A DNA stretch of 64,000 nt from Bacillales bacterium. GTDB taxonomy: Bacteria > Bacillota_I > Bacilli_A > RF39 > UBA660. Location of the stretch: positions 33,171 through 97,170 of the forward strand of contig JAEEZR010000014.1 of the NCBI GenBank assembly GCA_016292035.1. Direction: 5' to 3'. The notes beneath the pieces were generated by a model that did no database searches, was not told the origin of the DNA, and worked only from the letters and a program-made list of their open reading frames with translations. Numbering within the stretch: position 1 is the stretch's first letter; every line of letters starts with the position of its first letter. This document shows, piece after piece, positions 1-10,178 of this stretch. The position numbers were made by a program, and so were the translations under genes.

Positions 1-840
1 ATCAACATTTGATAATTTGCTTCTACATATAGAACTTTCATTTTCAAGAAGCTCTCTTCGTTTACTAAGAGTTCTTCTATTATTTCTTACATCATTTAGC
101 ATTTCTTCTGTTTTAGCTAAAGCGTCTACTGACTTTTCTAGCTTTATTTCTAAATCCTCTCTTGTTGTTTGAAGCTTTTCCCAGATTTCAAAACTTAGAT
201 CAGAGTTATTATTAACATCAGATGCTTTGTTTAATCTTTGAAGATTTTGTCTTAAGTTTTCGTTGTAATTTGTTAGCTTACTTACTATAGACATATCTTT
301 TGTTTCATTATCTCTTAGTTCATCTAATTCTTGCTCTATTTCATAGATTTCTTGATCTAGTGAAGATATTTTATTTTCTAAATAAGTTTTAAATTTATAA
401 TCGATTTCTTTTTCTTCAGTGTTTATATAACTGTTATTTTCTATTTTACTTTTAATTTGGTTATAGTCGTTATTAAGTTCATTTACTCTTTCATATATTT
501 TTGATACCTGTAAATTGTTAGTTCCTTTGTTGGCTAATTCTACTAACCTATCTATTTCAGGTAATACTTCTTTAGAGGACTTTCCATCTAAGTATTGGTT
601 TATTAAATTCTTACCAATAACCTCAGCATTGTTTAGCCAGAAAGCTTCTCTTTGCTTTAATTTTTCCATTAGTTTTATGGTTTCTTTAGCTTGCCCTCGT
701 TTTTTGTCTCTTAACAAATTCTGTATTTCATCTCTAGTTTTTATTAATTCTTCTTCAGCAACGTTTTTGCCAACATCAAACCCTGCCTTTTTAACTAGTA
801 GAGAGATTAAGCTGTAAACCGCTTCTCTATTAGTATCCAC
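1..840 (-). CDS. coiled-coil protein, N-terminal part only (gene runs off the left edge)
   Basis: Absent from the ORF track because no stop lies in the window. Hand translation of the minus strand from GTG 840-838 (AAGGTGG at 852-846) is stop-free to position 1: VDTNREAVYSLISLLVKKAGFDVGKNVAEEELIKTRDEIQ... The sequence is K/E/L/N-rich and heptad-like. The + strand ORF 515-817 is its shadow. Confidence 0.6.
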   Translation of the reverse strand, partial: MDTNREAVYSLISLLVKKAGFDVGKNVAEEELIKTRDEIQNLLRDKKRGQAKETIKLMEKLKQREAFWLNNAEVIGKNLINQYLDGKSSKEVLPEIDRLVELANKGTNNLQVSKIYERVNELNNDYNQIKSKIENNSYINTEEKEIDYKFKTYLENKISSLDQEIYEIEQELDELRDNETKDMSIVSKLTNYNENLRQNLQRLNKASDVNNNSDLSFEIWEKLQTTREDLEIKLEKSVDALAKTEEMLNDVRNNRRTLSKRRELLENESSICRSKLSNVD

Positions 841-929
841 TATAACCACCTTATTTTCCTATAAAATATTTTATCATATTGGGCTGTCAATTACAATTTA
901 CTTTTCTTTGACAAGTATTGACATCGTTT

Positions 930-2546
930 TTATTTTTCTGTGTTAAGTTCTTTGTAAAAATCTATTACTTTTTTATCATAGAAATATATTCTTCCTTCTG
1001 GTAAAAGAAGCATTCTTTCTACTCCTAAATTTTCTACAAAGTCGGTGTTATGCGAAACTATTAGCATAGTTCCATTATAGTTTTTAAATGCAAGGGCTAT
1101 TTCTTTTTGAGTTTCAATATCTAGATGGTTAGTAGGTTCATCTAGCACTAAGAAGTTAGCTTTACTTACATATATTTTAGCAAGTGTACACCTAGCCTTT
1201 TCTCCAGGAGACAATACCTTTACTTTTTTGTATACATCGTCACCATAGAATAGGAACTTTCCTAGTACTGATCTTATTTCATTTGGAGTAAGAGAAGTAT
1301 CTCTAAAGTTTTCTAAGATAGTTTCTTCTTCATTTAGCATTTCAAATTCTTGTGCATAGTAAGCAATATCTATCTTGTTTCCTATTTTAATTGTTCCTTC
1401 ATTTGGTGAAAGGCGATTAGTTATTAGCTTTAATAGAGTTGACTTTCCTATTCCATTTTCACCTACTACTAGGAATTTTTCTCCCTTGTACAAACTAAAA
1501 CTAATGTGATCTATTATATATTCTTCAGTAGAATATTTAAAGCATAAATCATTAACTTCTAATGGAACTTTATTTTCTTCTTTAGCTTTTTCTATTTTCA
1601 TATTTATTTCTTTTACTTTAGAAGGTGCTTCTATTTTATCCATTAAGATTTTTTCTAGTTTCTTTTCTCTGTCCATAGCCATTTTCTTTCTTTTTCCAGA
1701 AGATGTTTTGTATTTATTAATTATGGCTTCATATTTTTTTATCACTTCATCTTGTTTTTCTTTTTCTCTTAAAATAGCTTTTTCTTTTTCTTCTTTAAGT
1801 CTTAGGAATTCTTTATATGTACAGTTATACTTGCTTATATTCTTTTGATTCTTATCTATATAAAGTATAGAAGTACATACTTCATTTAAAAACTCAGTGT
1901 CATGAGATATACATAGTATAGTGCCTTTATAATTTTTTAAGTAGTTCATTACAAATTCTTTAGTTTCTTTGTCTAGATGGTTAGTTGGCTCATCTAGCAA
2001 AAGTATACTATTTTTTGCAAATAAGGTTCTTGCAAATGCTATTTTAGATTTTTGGCCACCTGATAGCTCACCTAGTTTTTTGTCTAGCACTGATATATCT
2101 ATGTTCATTCCTTCAATTATCTGCAAAAGTATGTCTTCTATTTTATCTTCTTCTAAGTATTCTAATCTATTTAGTAGATTAGATACTTTTTTTAAAAGTA
2201 CTTTTTCTTTAGAAGGATATAAGCTTATTTCTTCATATAAAGAGTTTATTTCATTCTTTATAGCAGTTACATCTCTAGCTGAAAGTAGATAGTCATATAC
2301 TGTTTTATCAAGTGGGAAAACATCATCATTTATTACTTGTGGAAGATAAGATATTTCTTCATTTTTATTTATAGTTATTTTTCCACTGTCTAAAGGTGTT
2401 TCGCCCATGATAGCTTTTAAAAGAGTTGTTTTACCTGCTCCGTTAGGGCCTACTAAAAATAGATGTTCTCCTTCTTTTACTTCAAAAGATACATCTTTTA
2501 ATATTTCGTTTATTCCAAATGATATTCCTATGTTCTCTACTTTCAT
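930..2546 (-). CDS. ABC-F family ATPase (two ABC domains, no membrane domain)
   Basis: Two Walker A sites (GPNGAGKTT, GENGIGKST) and two signature motifs (LSGGQKSK, LSPGEKAR). A K/E-rich inter-domain linker is typical of ABC-F proteins. Confidence 0.9.
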   Translation of the reverse strand: MKVENIGISFGINEILKDVSFEVKEGEHLFLVGPNGAGKTTLLKAIMGETPLDSGKITINKNEEISYLPQVINDDVFPLDKTVYDYLLSARDVTAIKNEINSLYEEISLYPSKEKVLLKKVSNLLNRLEYLEEDKIEDILLQIIEGMNIDISVLDKKLGELSGGQKSKIAFARTLFAKNSILLLDEPTNHLDKETKEFVMNYLKNYKGTILCISHDTEFLNEVCTSILYIDKNQKNISKYNCTYKEFLRLKEEKEKAILREKEKQDEVIKKYEAIINKYKTSSGKRKKMAMDREKKLEKILMDKIEAPSKVKEINMKIEKAKEENKVPLEVNDLCFKYSTEEYIIDHISFSLYKGEKFLVVGENGIGKSTLLKLITNRLSPNEGTIKIGNKIDIAYYAQEFEMLNEEETILENFRDTSLTPNEIRSVLGKFLFYGDDVYKKVKVLSPGEKARCTLAKIYVSKANFLVLDEPTNHLDIETQKEIALAFKNYNGTMLIVSHNTDFVENLGVERMLLLPEGRIYFYDKKVIDFYKELNTEK

Positions 2547-2554
2547 TTTCTTCT

Positions 2555-2582
2555 CCTAAAGAAAAAGGCTTTTAAAGCCTTT
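2555..2582 (-). terminator. intrinsic terminator after the SPFH gene
   Basis: Hairpin aaaggct/agccttt (2564-2582) followed on the minus strand by a T-rich run. Confidence 0.6.
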
Positions 2583-3337
2583 TATTTTTTATCGTTTAAT
2601 TTGTTGTTTAGCCCTTGAATTGCTTCTAGTATTTCAATTGGCATTGCAAATACTATTGTGTTAGATTGGTCTGATGAAATATCGTTTAAAGTTTCAAGAG
2701 TTCTTAAGTGTAGAGCTCCTGGAGAAGCTGTTAAGTTATCAGCAGCTTTAACTAGGTTTTCACTAGCTTCTACTTCACCTCTTGATTTAGTGATTACTGC
2801 TTCTTTTTCTCTTTCTGCTTCTGCTACACGAGCAATTACTCTCTTCATTTCTTCAGGAAGTCTTACGTCTTTTAATTCAACGTTTTCAACTTTGATTCCC
2901 CATTCATCAGTTGCTTCATCAACTATTTTACATATCTTAGAGCTTATTTTATCTCTTTCAGATAGTAATTCGTCTAGTGATACTTCACCTACAGCATTAC
3001 GCATTGTTGTTTGAGCTAGTTGTGATACTGCATAGTTATACTTTTCAACTGCTAATATTGCTTTTGATGCGTCGAATACTTTGAAATAAAGAACAGCATT
3101 AATTCTAATAGATACATTATCTTTAGTAATAGCGTCTTGTTCTGGAACGTCTACTGCTTTAGTTCTGATATCTACTTTTTTGTAAGATTCAATTATTGGA
3201 AGTACTATTGACCATCCTGGGTTCATAGTTCTTGAATACTTACCGAATCTAAACTTAATCCCTCTTTCATATTCATCAATTTGTTTGATTGATCCTAGTA
3301 CAATAACTAGTAAAACAGCTAATATTGTATATATCAT
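2582..3337 (-). CDS. SPFH/Band 7 (stomatin-prohibitin-like) membrane protein
   Basis: N-terminal TM helix, then typical SPFH core (IDIRTKAVDVPEQDAITKDNVSIRINAVLYFKV, EWGIKVENVELKDVRLPEEM). Confidence 0.88.
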   Translation of the reverse strand: MIYTILAVLLVIVLGSIKQIDEYERGIKFRFGKYSRTMNPGWSIVLPIIESYKKVDIRTKAVDVPEQDAITKDNVSIRINAVLYFKVFDASKAILAVEKYNYAVSQLAQTTMRNAVGEVSLDELLSERDKISSKICKIVDEATDEWGIKVENVELKDVRLPEEMKRVIARVAEAEREKEAVITKSRGEVEASENLVKAADNLTASPGALHLRTLETLNDISSDQSNTIVFAMPIEILEAIQGLNNKLNDKK

Positions 3338-3395
3338 AATTGTCCTCCTTTTCTAGTTCATATTATATCATATTTTTCATTATTCTTCAATATTA

Positions 3396-4913
3396 CTAAC
3401 TCCAGTAATCTGTTAGTTTTCCATCTTCTTTGTAGAATGAATTCATGTCAATTCTCCAGTAGAAAAATTTTATAAAGTCTGCTTTTGTGTACTCTTCTAT
3501 TACTGCTCCTAGCGCTCTTGAAGGGCCTGCCCATAGTTCTTCTGCTACATAGTAGTGATCATTTTTTATTCCAACTAGTATTGCTATATGGCCACCTGTA
3601 TAAGCATTATATGTTTCTCCATCACCACTTAATAAATCTCCTACTTTTAGTGTTTTATTGTTTAAAGAAGTAGATACTCTTTCTTTAGGACCTAGGTCAG
3701 TTAAGTCTTGTTTTCCATTTGTTACACCTGCTCCTATATCGCCCGGATTAAATCCACCTTGCACTAGTACCCATGTCACAAAGCCAGAGCAGTCTAGTCC
3801 ATTTGAAGTTGCTGATTTATGAACATAACTATATATATTACATCCCCATGGAGCTGGTCCATTCATTTTAAGTGATAAGTCTATATTACTAAATCTAGAT
3901 TCATGAAGATAAAGTCCTTTGTGATAATATCTTCCTTCACCATCTACAGTTGGTTTGCTTGTTAGTCTTCCATTTTCTGCAAAATAGTTTATCTTGTATG
4001 GAAAGTTTAGTGTTAAGAATCTAGCTGCTTCTACAGCTGCGGCTCTTGTTTGATAACCTACTTCGTTTATTTTATATTCTAGTACTTTGTCTATAACATC
4101 ATTATCTTCTTTAGAATATTTTTTACATGTTAGTAAGGATTTGTTTTTGTCATAGTTATTAGGCGTCATGACAAGTAAATCTGTTACTACTACTTTAATT
4201 TCTTTGGTAGAAGAAGCAACATTTATTTTAACAGTGCCTTCTCCCTTTTTAATTCCTTTTATTTTATTTTCTTCTATTGATATATTGTCATTATCAGTAG
4301 TTATACTTAATTTAGTTAATACTTTGCATTCATTATCTTCTTTTATTTTTATTTTCTTAGTTTCACCTTTAATTAAATATATGTCTTCTTCTAAATTGAT
4401 TGTATTTAGATTGCATTCTTTATCAACTAATAAGTCTATCATATCTTTTTCATTTGTTACTATACTGGCATATTTTATTTCATCCATTACCTTATTATTT
4501 AGAGTAATAGATTCTTCATTAGTAACAAATGTAGATAGTTCATTACTTGATTCAAACTTTTCTATATATACTAGTTCTTTATTAGCATTTAATAATTCAA
4601 TGTATATATTATCTACATTATTACCTTCTTTAGGCATTACTGAATAATAAATAGTATTTTTATCTTTTTCAAAGTGAGAGAATCTAATTTTATTAACTGT
4701 TTTACTAAGTTTTAAATTATCTATTTCTATTAAATCTCCATATATATCATTATCTATTCTTTTTGAAGATGCATAGCTTGATTCATATAAAAGAGATGAC
4801 ATGAAAATAAGTAGCATTGATAAGATAATAGATATTAATAGATTTTGGGTTTTAAATTTTTTCTTGTTATATATAATATCAAAGTCAACTATTTCTATAT
4901 CGTCTATATACAT
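3396..4913 (-). CDS. membrane-anchored cell-wall hydrolase: Big_2-like Ig domain plus C-terminal NlpC/P60 cysteine peptidase
   Basis: TM helix at residues 25-45. Ig-like segment IKGETKKIKIK...GEGTVKINVASSTKEIKVVV. NlpC/P60 catalytic pattern NGLDCSGFVTWVL ... GGHIAILVG. Confidence 0.8.
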   Translation of the reverse strand: MYIDDIEIVDFDIIYNKKKFKTQNLLISIILSMLLIFMSSLLYESSYASSKRIDNDIYGDLIEIDNLKLSKTVNKIRFSHFEKDKNTIYYSVMPKEGNNVDNIYIELLNANKELVYIEKFESSNELSTFVTNEESITLNNKVMDEIKYASIVTNEKDMIDLLVDKECNLNTINLEEDIYLIKGETKKIKIKEDNECKVLTKLSITTDNDNISIEENKIKGIKKGEGTVKINVASSTKEIKVVVTDLLVMTPNNYDKNKSLLTCKKYSKEDNDVIDKVLEYKINEVGYQTRAAAVEAARFLTLNFPYKINYFAENGRLTSKPTVDGEGRYYHKGLYLHESRFSNIDLSLKMNGPAPWGCNIYSYVHKSATSNGLDCSGFVTWVLVQGGFNPGDIGAGVTNGKQDLTDLGPKERVSTSLNNKTLKVGDLLSGDGETYNAYTGGHIAILVGIKNDHYYVAEELWAGPSRALGAVIEEYTKADFIKFFYWRIDMNSFYKEDGKLTDYWS

Positions 4914-4977
4914 ACCATACTACTCCTATTATAGTTTTATTATATCAAATAACATAAAAAAAGAATAATCTTTTCGA

Positions 4978-6045
4978 TTATTCTATTTCTTTTTGTATTT
5001 CTACATTATTAATTGAATCAAATCTTTTTGATATTTTATCAGTAGTTATATGAAGATCTTTTACATCTTTATTAACTGTTTCCATATGAGTAGATAATTT
5101 TTCCCATCTTTCTTTATAGCGATCAAATTCTTCTCCTAATTTATTTAATTCTTTATGTATTATGCTTGCATATTTATCTCTTTCCATACCCATTAATACT
5201 GATTGTATAATAGTTAATAAGCTCATTAGGGTTGTAGGAGAAGCAATATATACTTTTCTTTCATATGCGTATGTTATTAGGTTTGTATGATATGCATTAA
5301 TTTCAGCAAAGATAGCTTCTGCTGGTAAAAACATTATTGCTTGCTGCGATGTTTCACCTTCAATAACATATTTACTTCCTATAGCGTCTATATGTTTCTT
5401 AACATCTGCTTCAAATAGTTTTTCTCTTTTTAGTCTTTCTTCAGCTGTTATTCCCTTTTCTAACATGTATCTATAGTTTTCAAGAGGAAATTTAGAGTCT
5501 ATACATATACTGCCAAGTGGTTCTGGTGCAAATACAATAGCATCTGCAATAGATCCAGTACTTAGAGTATATTGTATTCTATATAATTTATCGTTTTTAT
5601 CTCCAAATACACTTGATAGTATTTGATTTAGATTTACTTCACCAAATATACCACGGCTCTTCTTATCAGTTAGTACTCCTTGAAGATCAACTATATCTGT
5701 TGATAGTAAATCAAGTTTCTTTTGAGCCTCATTAATTTTTACTAAACTTTTTAATACTTCATCAAATGTTTTATTAGTTTTTTCAAAGTTTTCATCTAAT
5801 CTTTCATTTACTTTATCATTTATTTTACTTAGTCTAGCATCTATTCTATCATTCATTTCTTGAAAATCATTAGTAAGAGCTTTAGCAAAGTCATATTTAA
5901 AGTCACCTATTTCTTTGACTATGTCTGTTTGCATTTTTGTTATTTTTAGTTCTATATTATTTTCATTATATCTTTTTATTTTAAAGAATAATAAAATCAA
6001 TAGAATTATTACTACTACTAGTAGCCCTACTACTACGTATTCCAT
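4978..6045 (-). CDS. rmuC: DNA recombination protein RmuC
   Basis: N-terminal TM plus long coiled coil. C-terminal RmuC core (IDSKFPLENY, AIMFLPAEAIFAEI, ASPTTLMSLL). Confidence 0.85.
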   Translation of the reverse strand: MEYVVVGLLVVVIILLILLFFKIKRYNENNIELKITKMQTDIVKEIGDFKYDFAKALTNDFQEMNDRIDARLSKINDKVNERLDENFEKTNKTFDEVLKSLVKINEAQKKLDLLSTDIVDLQGVLTDKKSRGIFGEVNLNQILSSVFGDKNDKLYRIQYTLSTGSIADAIVFAPEPLGSICIDSKFPLENYRYMLEKGITAEERLKREKLFEADVKKHIDAIGSKYVIEGETSQQAIMFLPAEAIFAEINAYHTNLITYAYERKVYIASPTTLMSLLTIIQSVLMGMERDKYASIIHKELNKLGEEFDRYKERWEKLSTHMETVNKDVKDLHITTDKISKRFDSINNVEIQKEIE

Positions 6046-6095
6046 ACTATCACATCCTAGTTTTATTATAAAACACTACTAATTATTAGTCTACT

Positions 6096-6683
6096 TTATA
6101 AATCAAATTTATTAGATAATAATTTGCTTATGAAATAAAGTGCAAGTACAAAAGGCACCACTCTTAAAAGCACTATTGGTCTTGTAAATGCTTCTACTAT
6201 GCTTACTCCTACAAATCCCCAAAAGTATACTAAAGATACTTTACCTATTAAAAGAGCAGTAAAGAATTTTTTAGTATCTATTCTAGCAATACCTGCAGCT
6301 ATGTTAACAAGAAAAGCAGGTGTAAAAGGAATTGCTATTAGTAATACTAAAGATGATATACTCATTTTATTAATCTTTTTTAATATGCGATTAAACTTAT
6401 CATTTTTTCTTAGTTTTTCTAGGTACTTATCACTTATACCTTTTTTAAATATATAATAGCTAAGCATGCATCCTAGGCAAGTAAATACCCATGATATTAT
6501 AAAACCTACTATTGGCCCAAATACCAAAAAGTTTAATGTAATAAATATTGATAGAGGTACTGGTGGGATAATAGATTCAAATAGTATGAAAAAACAACCA
6601 AGAACTGCTCCCCACACTCCTAGGCCTGTTAACAAATTAGTTAAATATACTCCAATTTCACTTAAATAATGCATTTCTTTCAC
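6096..6683 (-). CDS. TVP38/TMEM64 (DedA-superfamily) membrane protein
   Basis: Polytopic 195 aa protein. Motifs FESIIPPVPLS and GxxxGxxxS-type loop GFIISWVFTCLGCMLSYYIFKKG. Confidence 0.75.
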   Translation of the reverse strand: MKEMHYLSEIGVYLTNLLTGLGVWGAVLGCFFILFESIIPPVPLSIFITLNFLVFGPIVGFIISWVFTCLGCMLSYYIFKKGISDKYLEKLRKNDKFNRILKKINKMSISSLVLLIAIPFTPAFLVNIAAGIARIDTKKFFTALLIGKVSLVYFWGFVGVSIVEAFTRPIVLLRVVPFVLALYFISKLLSNKFDL

Positions 6684-6691
6684 TTCTTCTA

Positions 6692-6913
6692 CTATTTATA
6701 ATTAATTGTGTTATATCCAAGGTAAGATAACATTGTTGATAATTTTAATGATAACTTACCACTTTTACAGTATAACACATATATATCATTTTTGTTTAAA
6801 AACTTATAATAATTGTTTAGTAAAGTGTCATATGGAATGTTAATCATTCCATTAATATGACTTTTGTTATATTCTTCCCTATCAGATAAGTCTATATACA
6901 CTTTTCTTTTCAT
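6692..6913 (-). CDS. small single-domain rhodanese-like protein
   Basis: IDLSDREEYNKSHINGMINIP ... YVLYCKSGKLS (CxxGxxS active-site loop). Only 73 aa, so short for the family. Its -10/RBS/ATG lie inside the left copy of the direct repeat. Confidence 0.7.
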   Translation of the reverse strand: MKRKVYIDLSDREEYNKSHINGMINIPYDTLLNNYYKFLNKNDIYVLYCKSGKLSLKLSTMLSYLGYNTINYK

Positions 6914-6929
6914 ATCTTCACCTAGTTTA
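6907..6929. repeat. direct repeat, left copy (perfect 23-bp core TTTTCATATCTTCACCTAGTTTA)
   Basis: Identical to 35510-35532. Similarity continues imperfectly to about 6946 versus about 35548 (taatatGa-aaagaa / taatatCaTaaagaa). Read on the minus strand it holds TATTAT, AGGTGAAGAT and ATGAAAA. Confidence 0.85.
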
Positions 6930-6940
6930 TAATATGAAAA

Positions 6941-6966
6941 GAATAAGCCTAGGAATAGGCTTATTC
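6941..6966 (-). terminator. intrinsic terminator after the coupling-protein gene
   Basis: 11-bp perfect stem gaataagccta / taggcttattc with a 4-nt loop, followed by TTTTCATATT on the minus strand. It overlaps the stop codon. Confidence 0.8.
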
Positions 6967-9348
6967 ATCATCTCCAAAGAAATCATCGAAGAACTCATCA
7001 TCTGTGATGTGTTCACTCATTACTATGCTATCTGCATCAACATTGATAGATGGCTTTTGAATTTCAGTTTCAACCGGTTTAACCTCAGGCTCTTTTGGAG
7101 TTTCCTTAGGTATTTCCACTGGTTTTTCTTCTATTATTTCTTTTTCTTCTTCTATAATAGGTTTTTCCTCTTTTATAGGAGTTTCTTTTATAACAGTAGC
7201 ATCTGAAACTGCTTTTTCATTTTCTTCTTCCTCTTCAAGTTCAGCTATCTTAGCATCTATTCTTCTTAGAAGTTCATCAATGTCTACCATGTTGTTGTCT
7301 CCTTCTGGTTTTTCAGTCTTTTCTGCTTTCTTTTCTATTTCTTTAGGTGCTTCTTTTTCTTCTTTTGTTTCTTTAAATTCTTCGAATTTTTTGTTAACTA
7401 ATTCTTCAAATTCATTAGAATTATTTTTGTTTGCACCATTTTTCTCTTCAGCTTCTATTTTGGCAATTTGTTCATCTATTCTTTTGACTAAATCGTCAAC
7501 ATTATTTGGAGCTTTATCATTTCCTGGTGTTTTACCAGGTCTTGGCGCTCCGAAAGGTGGAACAAATGGTGAACCAAATGGAGATGCAAATGGACTATCT
7601 TCTTCTTTTCTATGTTCATCAACGAATTTCTTAATATCAAATGTTTGGATTTCTTTAGGTTCTCTTGTAGGGTAACCACTCATTACTTCTTCATATCCGA
7701 ATCCATTTTCTTTAATTATCTTAAAGCTTGGAGTATGTTTAGTTTTATATGGTTGGTTTCTCCATCTTTTAATAATCATTTCAAATTGTTTCATTTGTTG
7801 TAAGTCACTTACTGTTACTAGAGGTCTAATTGGATCTTGTGGCTTACCTTCTTTTGGATCTTTAGGTTTAACATCACCTAGAAGTTTACTTAGTTCTTCT
7901 AGTGCTGCATATTCTGTTGTAATAAGATAGAACATGTTACCACAGTTACCTTTAATTGTTTCTGCAACATCTTTTCCATAAACTTTATTAAGTTGTGAGA
8001 AGTTTTGAATAACGAAATTGAATCTCATGTTTCTTGAACGAGATGCTGTTATCATACTCTCTACGTCTTTTAAAGCTGGCATGTTTGCAAATTCATCTAG
8101 TATGAAGTTTGTTCTAATTGGAAGCTTTTGATTTGGACACTTTTGTGCTTCATCAATTAAGCATTCATATACTTGTTTTACGAATATAGTACATAGTGCA
8201 TGGTATGTAGTTTTTTCATCATGTACTTTTAAGAACATTGCAGTTTTTTCTGTACCTATTTTTCTAACATCAAAGCTTGTGTAAGAAAGCATTTCTGCTA
8301 GTTTTTGACGAGAACTAAATATTCTTATCTTTTGTCTAAATGTTGAAGTAATACCACCTTTAGTGTCAGCTGGCGCAAGTACTGTTGCGGCTGCAGATAT
8401 GTATGCACTAGATAGTTCACCTTTTAATTTAAAGTATTCTTTATCATATTTACTAGATCCACATCTTTCTTCACCAAATGTACTCATTGCATTTATAGAG
8501 TTTAAGTTTACTTCGTCTTCACTTTTAGCATCTTCAAATAGTCCAAGAGCTAGACCAGTAAAATAGTCAGCCGCTGACTTTTGCCAGAATGGATCATTAT
8601 TATTAGCATCTACTAAGATGTTCATAGCAAGGTCTTCTAGAAGTTCCATTGCTTTGTCTTCTTTTCCATCTTTCCAATATCTATATGGAAGTGTAAGTGG
8701 GTTCCATGCGGCTCCTTGATCTGGATCACGGAAGTTAACGAGTACTACATTATAACCTTTATCCCTTAGTAAATTAGCATTGTGTTCGTAGATTTCACCT
8801 TTAGGGTCAGTAATAACCATTGATTCTCCACCTTTAGCTAATATTTTTACAAGTGGGTCGATTATTGTCCAAGTTTTACCTGAACCAGATGCACCTATGA
8901 TTAGGCTGTGGTTTTCACCATCGTCTACCCATGCTTCTTTGTCTGTTAAGATAATTGGAATACCAGCACTTTTATATTCTGGGTCAGTTAGTTTAATCTT
9001 TTTAATGCCGTAGGCACTTTTCATTTCATCGTCTTTAAACCAACGAGACCATCCATCACTTTTATCTTTTTTCTTACCAAATCCAAATCCCTTTTCCATA
9101 TCAAAGAAATATTTAGATGTACTCATAAATACTCCAATAAGAGCTAGGATATAAATAGTAATAGTTGCAGCTAAATATTTAGGAGTAAATGCCTTAAAAG
9201 GACTTAATCCATATAATTTACTTTTATCTGCTAACCAGTTTAAATTTAATACAGCTATTGCTACTAAATATAACAAAAACAAACAGAATAATCCAAATAT
9301 TAATGCATCTTTAGGTTTAGCTGTAAACTTTAATTTTATATTTTCCAT
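6961..9348 (-). CDS. type IV coupling protein (VirD4/TraG family) with long acidic low-complexity C-terminal tail
   Basis: Two N-terminal TM helices. Walker A GASGSGKTW, then ITDPKGE, WNPL, ILDEFANM and FVIQNFSQL. The last ~200 aa are E/K/P-rich. Confidence 0.88.
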   Translation of the reverse strand: MENIKLKFTAKPKDALIFGLFCLFLLYLVAIAVLNLNWLADKSKLYGLSPFKAFTPKYLAATITIYILALIGVFMSTSKYFFDMEKGFGFGKKKDKSDGWSRWFKDDEMKSAYGIKKIKLTDPEYKSAGIPIILTDKEAWVDDGENHSLIIGASGSGKTWTIIDPLVKILAKGGESMVITDPKGEIYEHNANLLRDKGYNVVLVNFRDPDQGAAWNPLTLPYRYWKDGKEDKAMELLEDLAMNILVDANNNDPFWQKSAADYFTGLALGLFEDAKSEDEVNLNSINAMSTFGEERCGSSKYDKEYFKLKGELSSAYISAAATVLAPADTKGGITSTFRQKIRIFSSRQKLAEMLSYTSFDVRKIGTEKTAMFLKVHDEKTTYHALCTIFVKQVYECLIDEAQKCPNQKLPIRTNFILDEFANMPALKDVESMITASRSRNMRFNFVIQNFSQLNKVYGKDVAETIKGNCGNMFYLITTEYAALEELSKLLGDVKPKDPKEGKPQDPIRPLVTVSDLQQMKQFEMIIKRWRNQPYKTKHTPSFKIIKENGFGYEEVMSGYPTREPKEIQTFDIKKFVDEHRKEEDSPFASPFGSPFVPPFGAPRPGKTPGNDKAPNNVDDLVKRIDEQIAKIEAEEKNGANKNNSNEFEELVNKKFEEFKETKEEKEAPKEIEKKAEKTEKPEGDNNMVDIDELLRRIDAKIAELEEEEENEKAVSDATVIKETPIKEEKPIIEEEKEIIEEKPVEIPKETPKEPEVKPVETEIQKPSINVDADSIVMSEHITDDEFFDDFFGDDE

Positions 9349-9413
9349 TTGAAATCCCTCTTCTTTATGATTATATCAAAAATAATGCTTAAAATAAAGA
9401 AAAATAGTTAATT

Positions 9414-10169
9414 TTAATAACTAACTATTTCACATTCATTTAGTGCTTTATATGAGCCTTCCTCTAATTTGTATACTATTGTGCAGTAATCCATTGCGTC
9501 ATACCCTACTTTAGTTACAATCATCTCTAGATTTTTATCTTTTCCCATATCTATAATATTTGTTATATTATAGCTCATCATTGAGTATGAGTCAGGTTCT
9601 TTTTGCTCATCTATTTTTTCTATATATCCACCTTTTTTATATGCAAGAGCTGAATAATATCCATTATTGCCATAACTCTTTAAATAGCAAAGAGATTCAA
9701 CTACTCCATCATTATCAATATCTACATTTACTTTATATGCATATATAACTGTATCATATCCTTTAAGATTTATACTTGCTATTTCACTTTCAGTCATTTC
9801 TTCTTTGTTAATACTATAAAAAGTTATATTTTTTCTTTTAGATATTAAATAGTTTTCATTAGGTGAAACTATTTCTTCTTTTTTCAAAGTTACACTTAAT
9901 TCTTTATTAGATTCATCATAAGAAATTGATGCATTCTTTACAATATCGTCTGATGTGTAAACATAATACTTATCTTTTAAGTATTTATCATAGTTAGTAT
10001 CTACTGTACACTTATCTTTTTTACAGTTAATGATGTTAAATGGATTTGTTATAAATGTAAATTTGTTGCCATTAAATAGTAAATCTAATGCTTGATATCC
10101 AAAGTATACTATAAATGTTATTACAAAAAGTGCAATTACTATAGTTATTTCAAATCTATTATTTTTCAT
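9414..10169 (-). CDS. bitopic membrane protein of unknown function (T4SS-associated by position)
   Basis: One N-terminal TM helix (ITIVIALFVITFIVYFGY). The extracytoplasmic part carries a DIDNDGVVE (DxDxDG-like) motif and several Cys. Confidence 0.6.
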   Translation of the reverse strand: MKNNRFEITIVIALFVITFIVYFGYQALDLLFNGNKFTFITNPFNIINCKKDKCTVDTNYDKYLKDKYYVYTSDDIVKNASISYDESNKELSVTLKKEEIVSPNENYLISKRKNITFYSINKEEMTESEIASINLKGYDTVIYAYKVNVDIDNDGVVESLCYLKSYGNNGYYSALAYKKGGYIEKIDEQKEPDSYSMMSYNITNIIDMGKDKNLEMIVTKVGYDAMDYCTIVYKLEEGSYKALNECEIVSY

Positions 10170-10178
10170 TCTTTTCTC

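Noticed and set aside
1969-2292. Many 60-185-aa ORFs in the track that lie antisense to long genes: 515-817, 1969-2292, 2658-3014, 4168-4647, 6934-7206, 7280-7675, 12067-12450, 15770-16054, 18742-19023, 42226-42540, 47802-48182, 58031-58588 and others.
   Set aside because: Their products are low-complexity, S/L/F/I-rich sequences with no RBS. They are fully embedded in the opposite strand of genes with clear family motifs. These are typical shadow ORFs of AT-rich, codon-biased genes.
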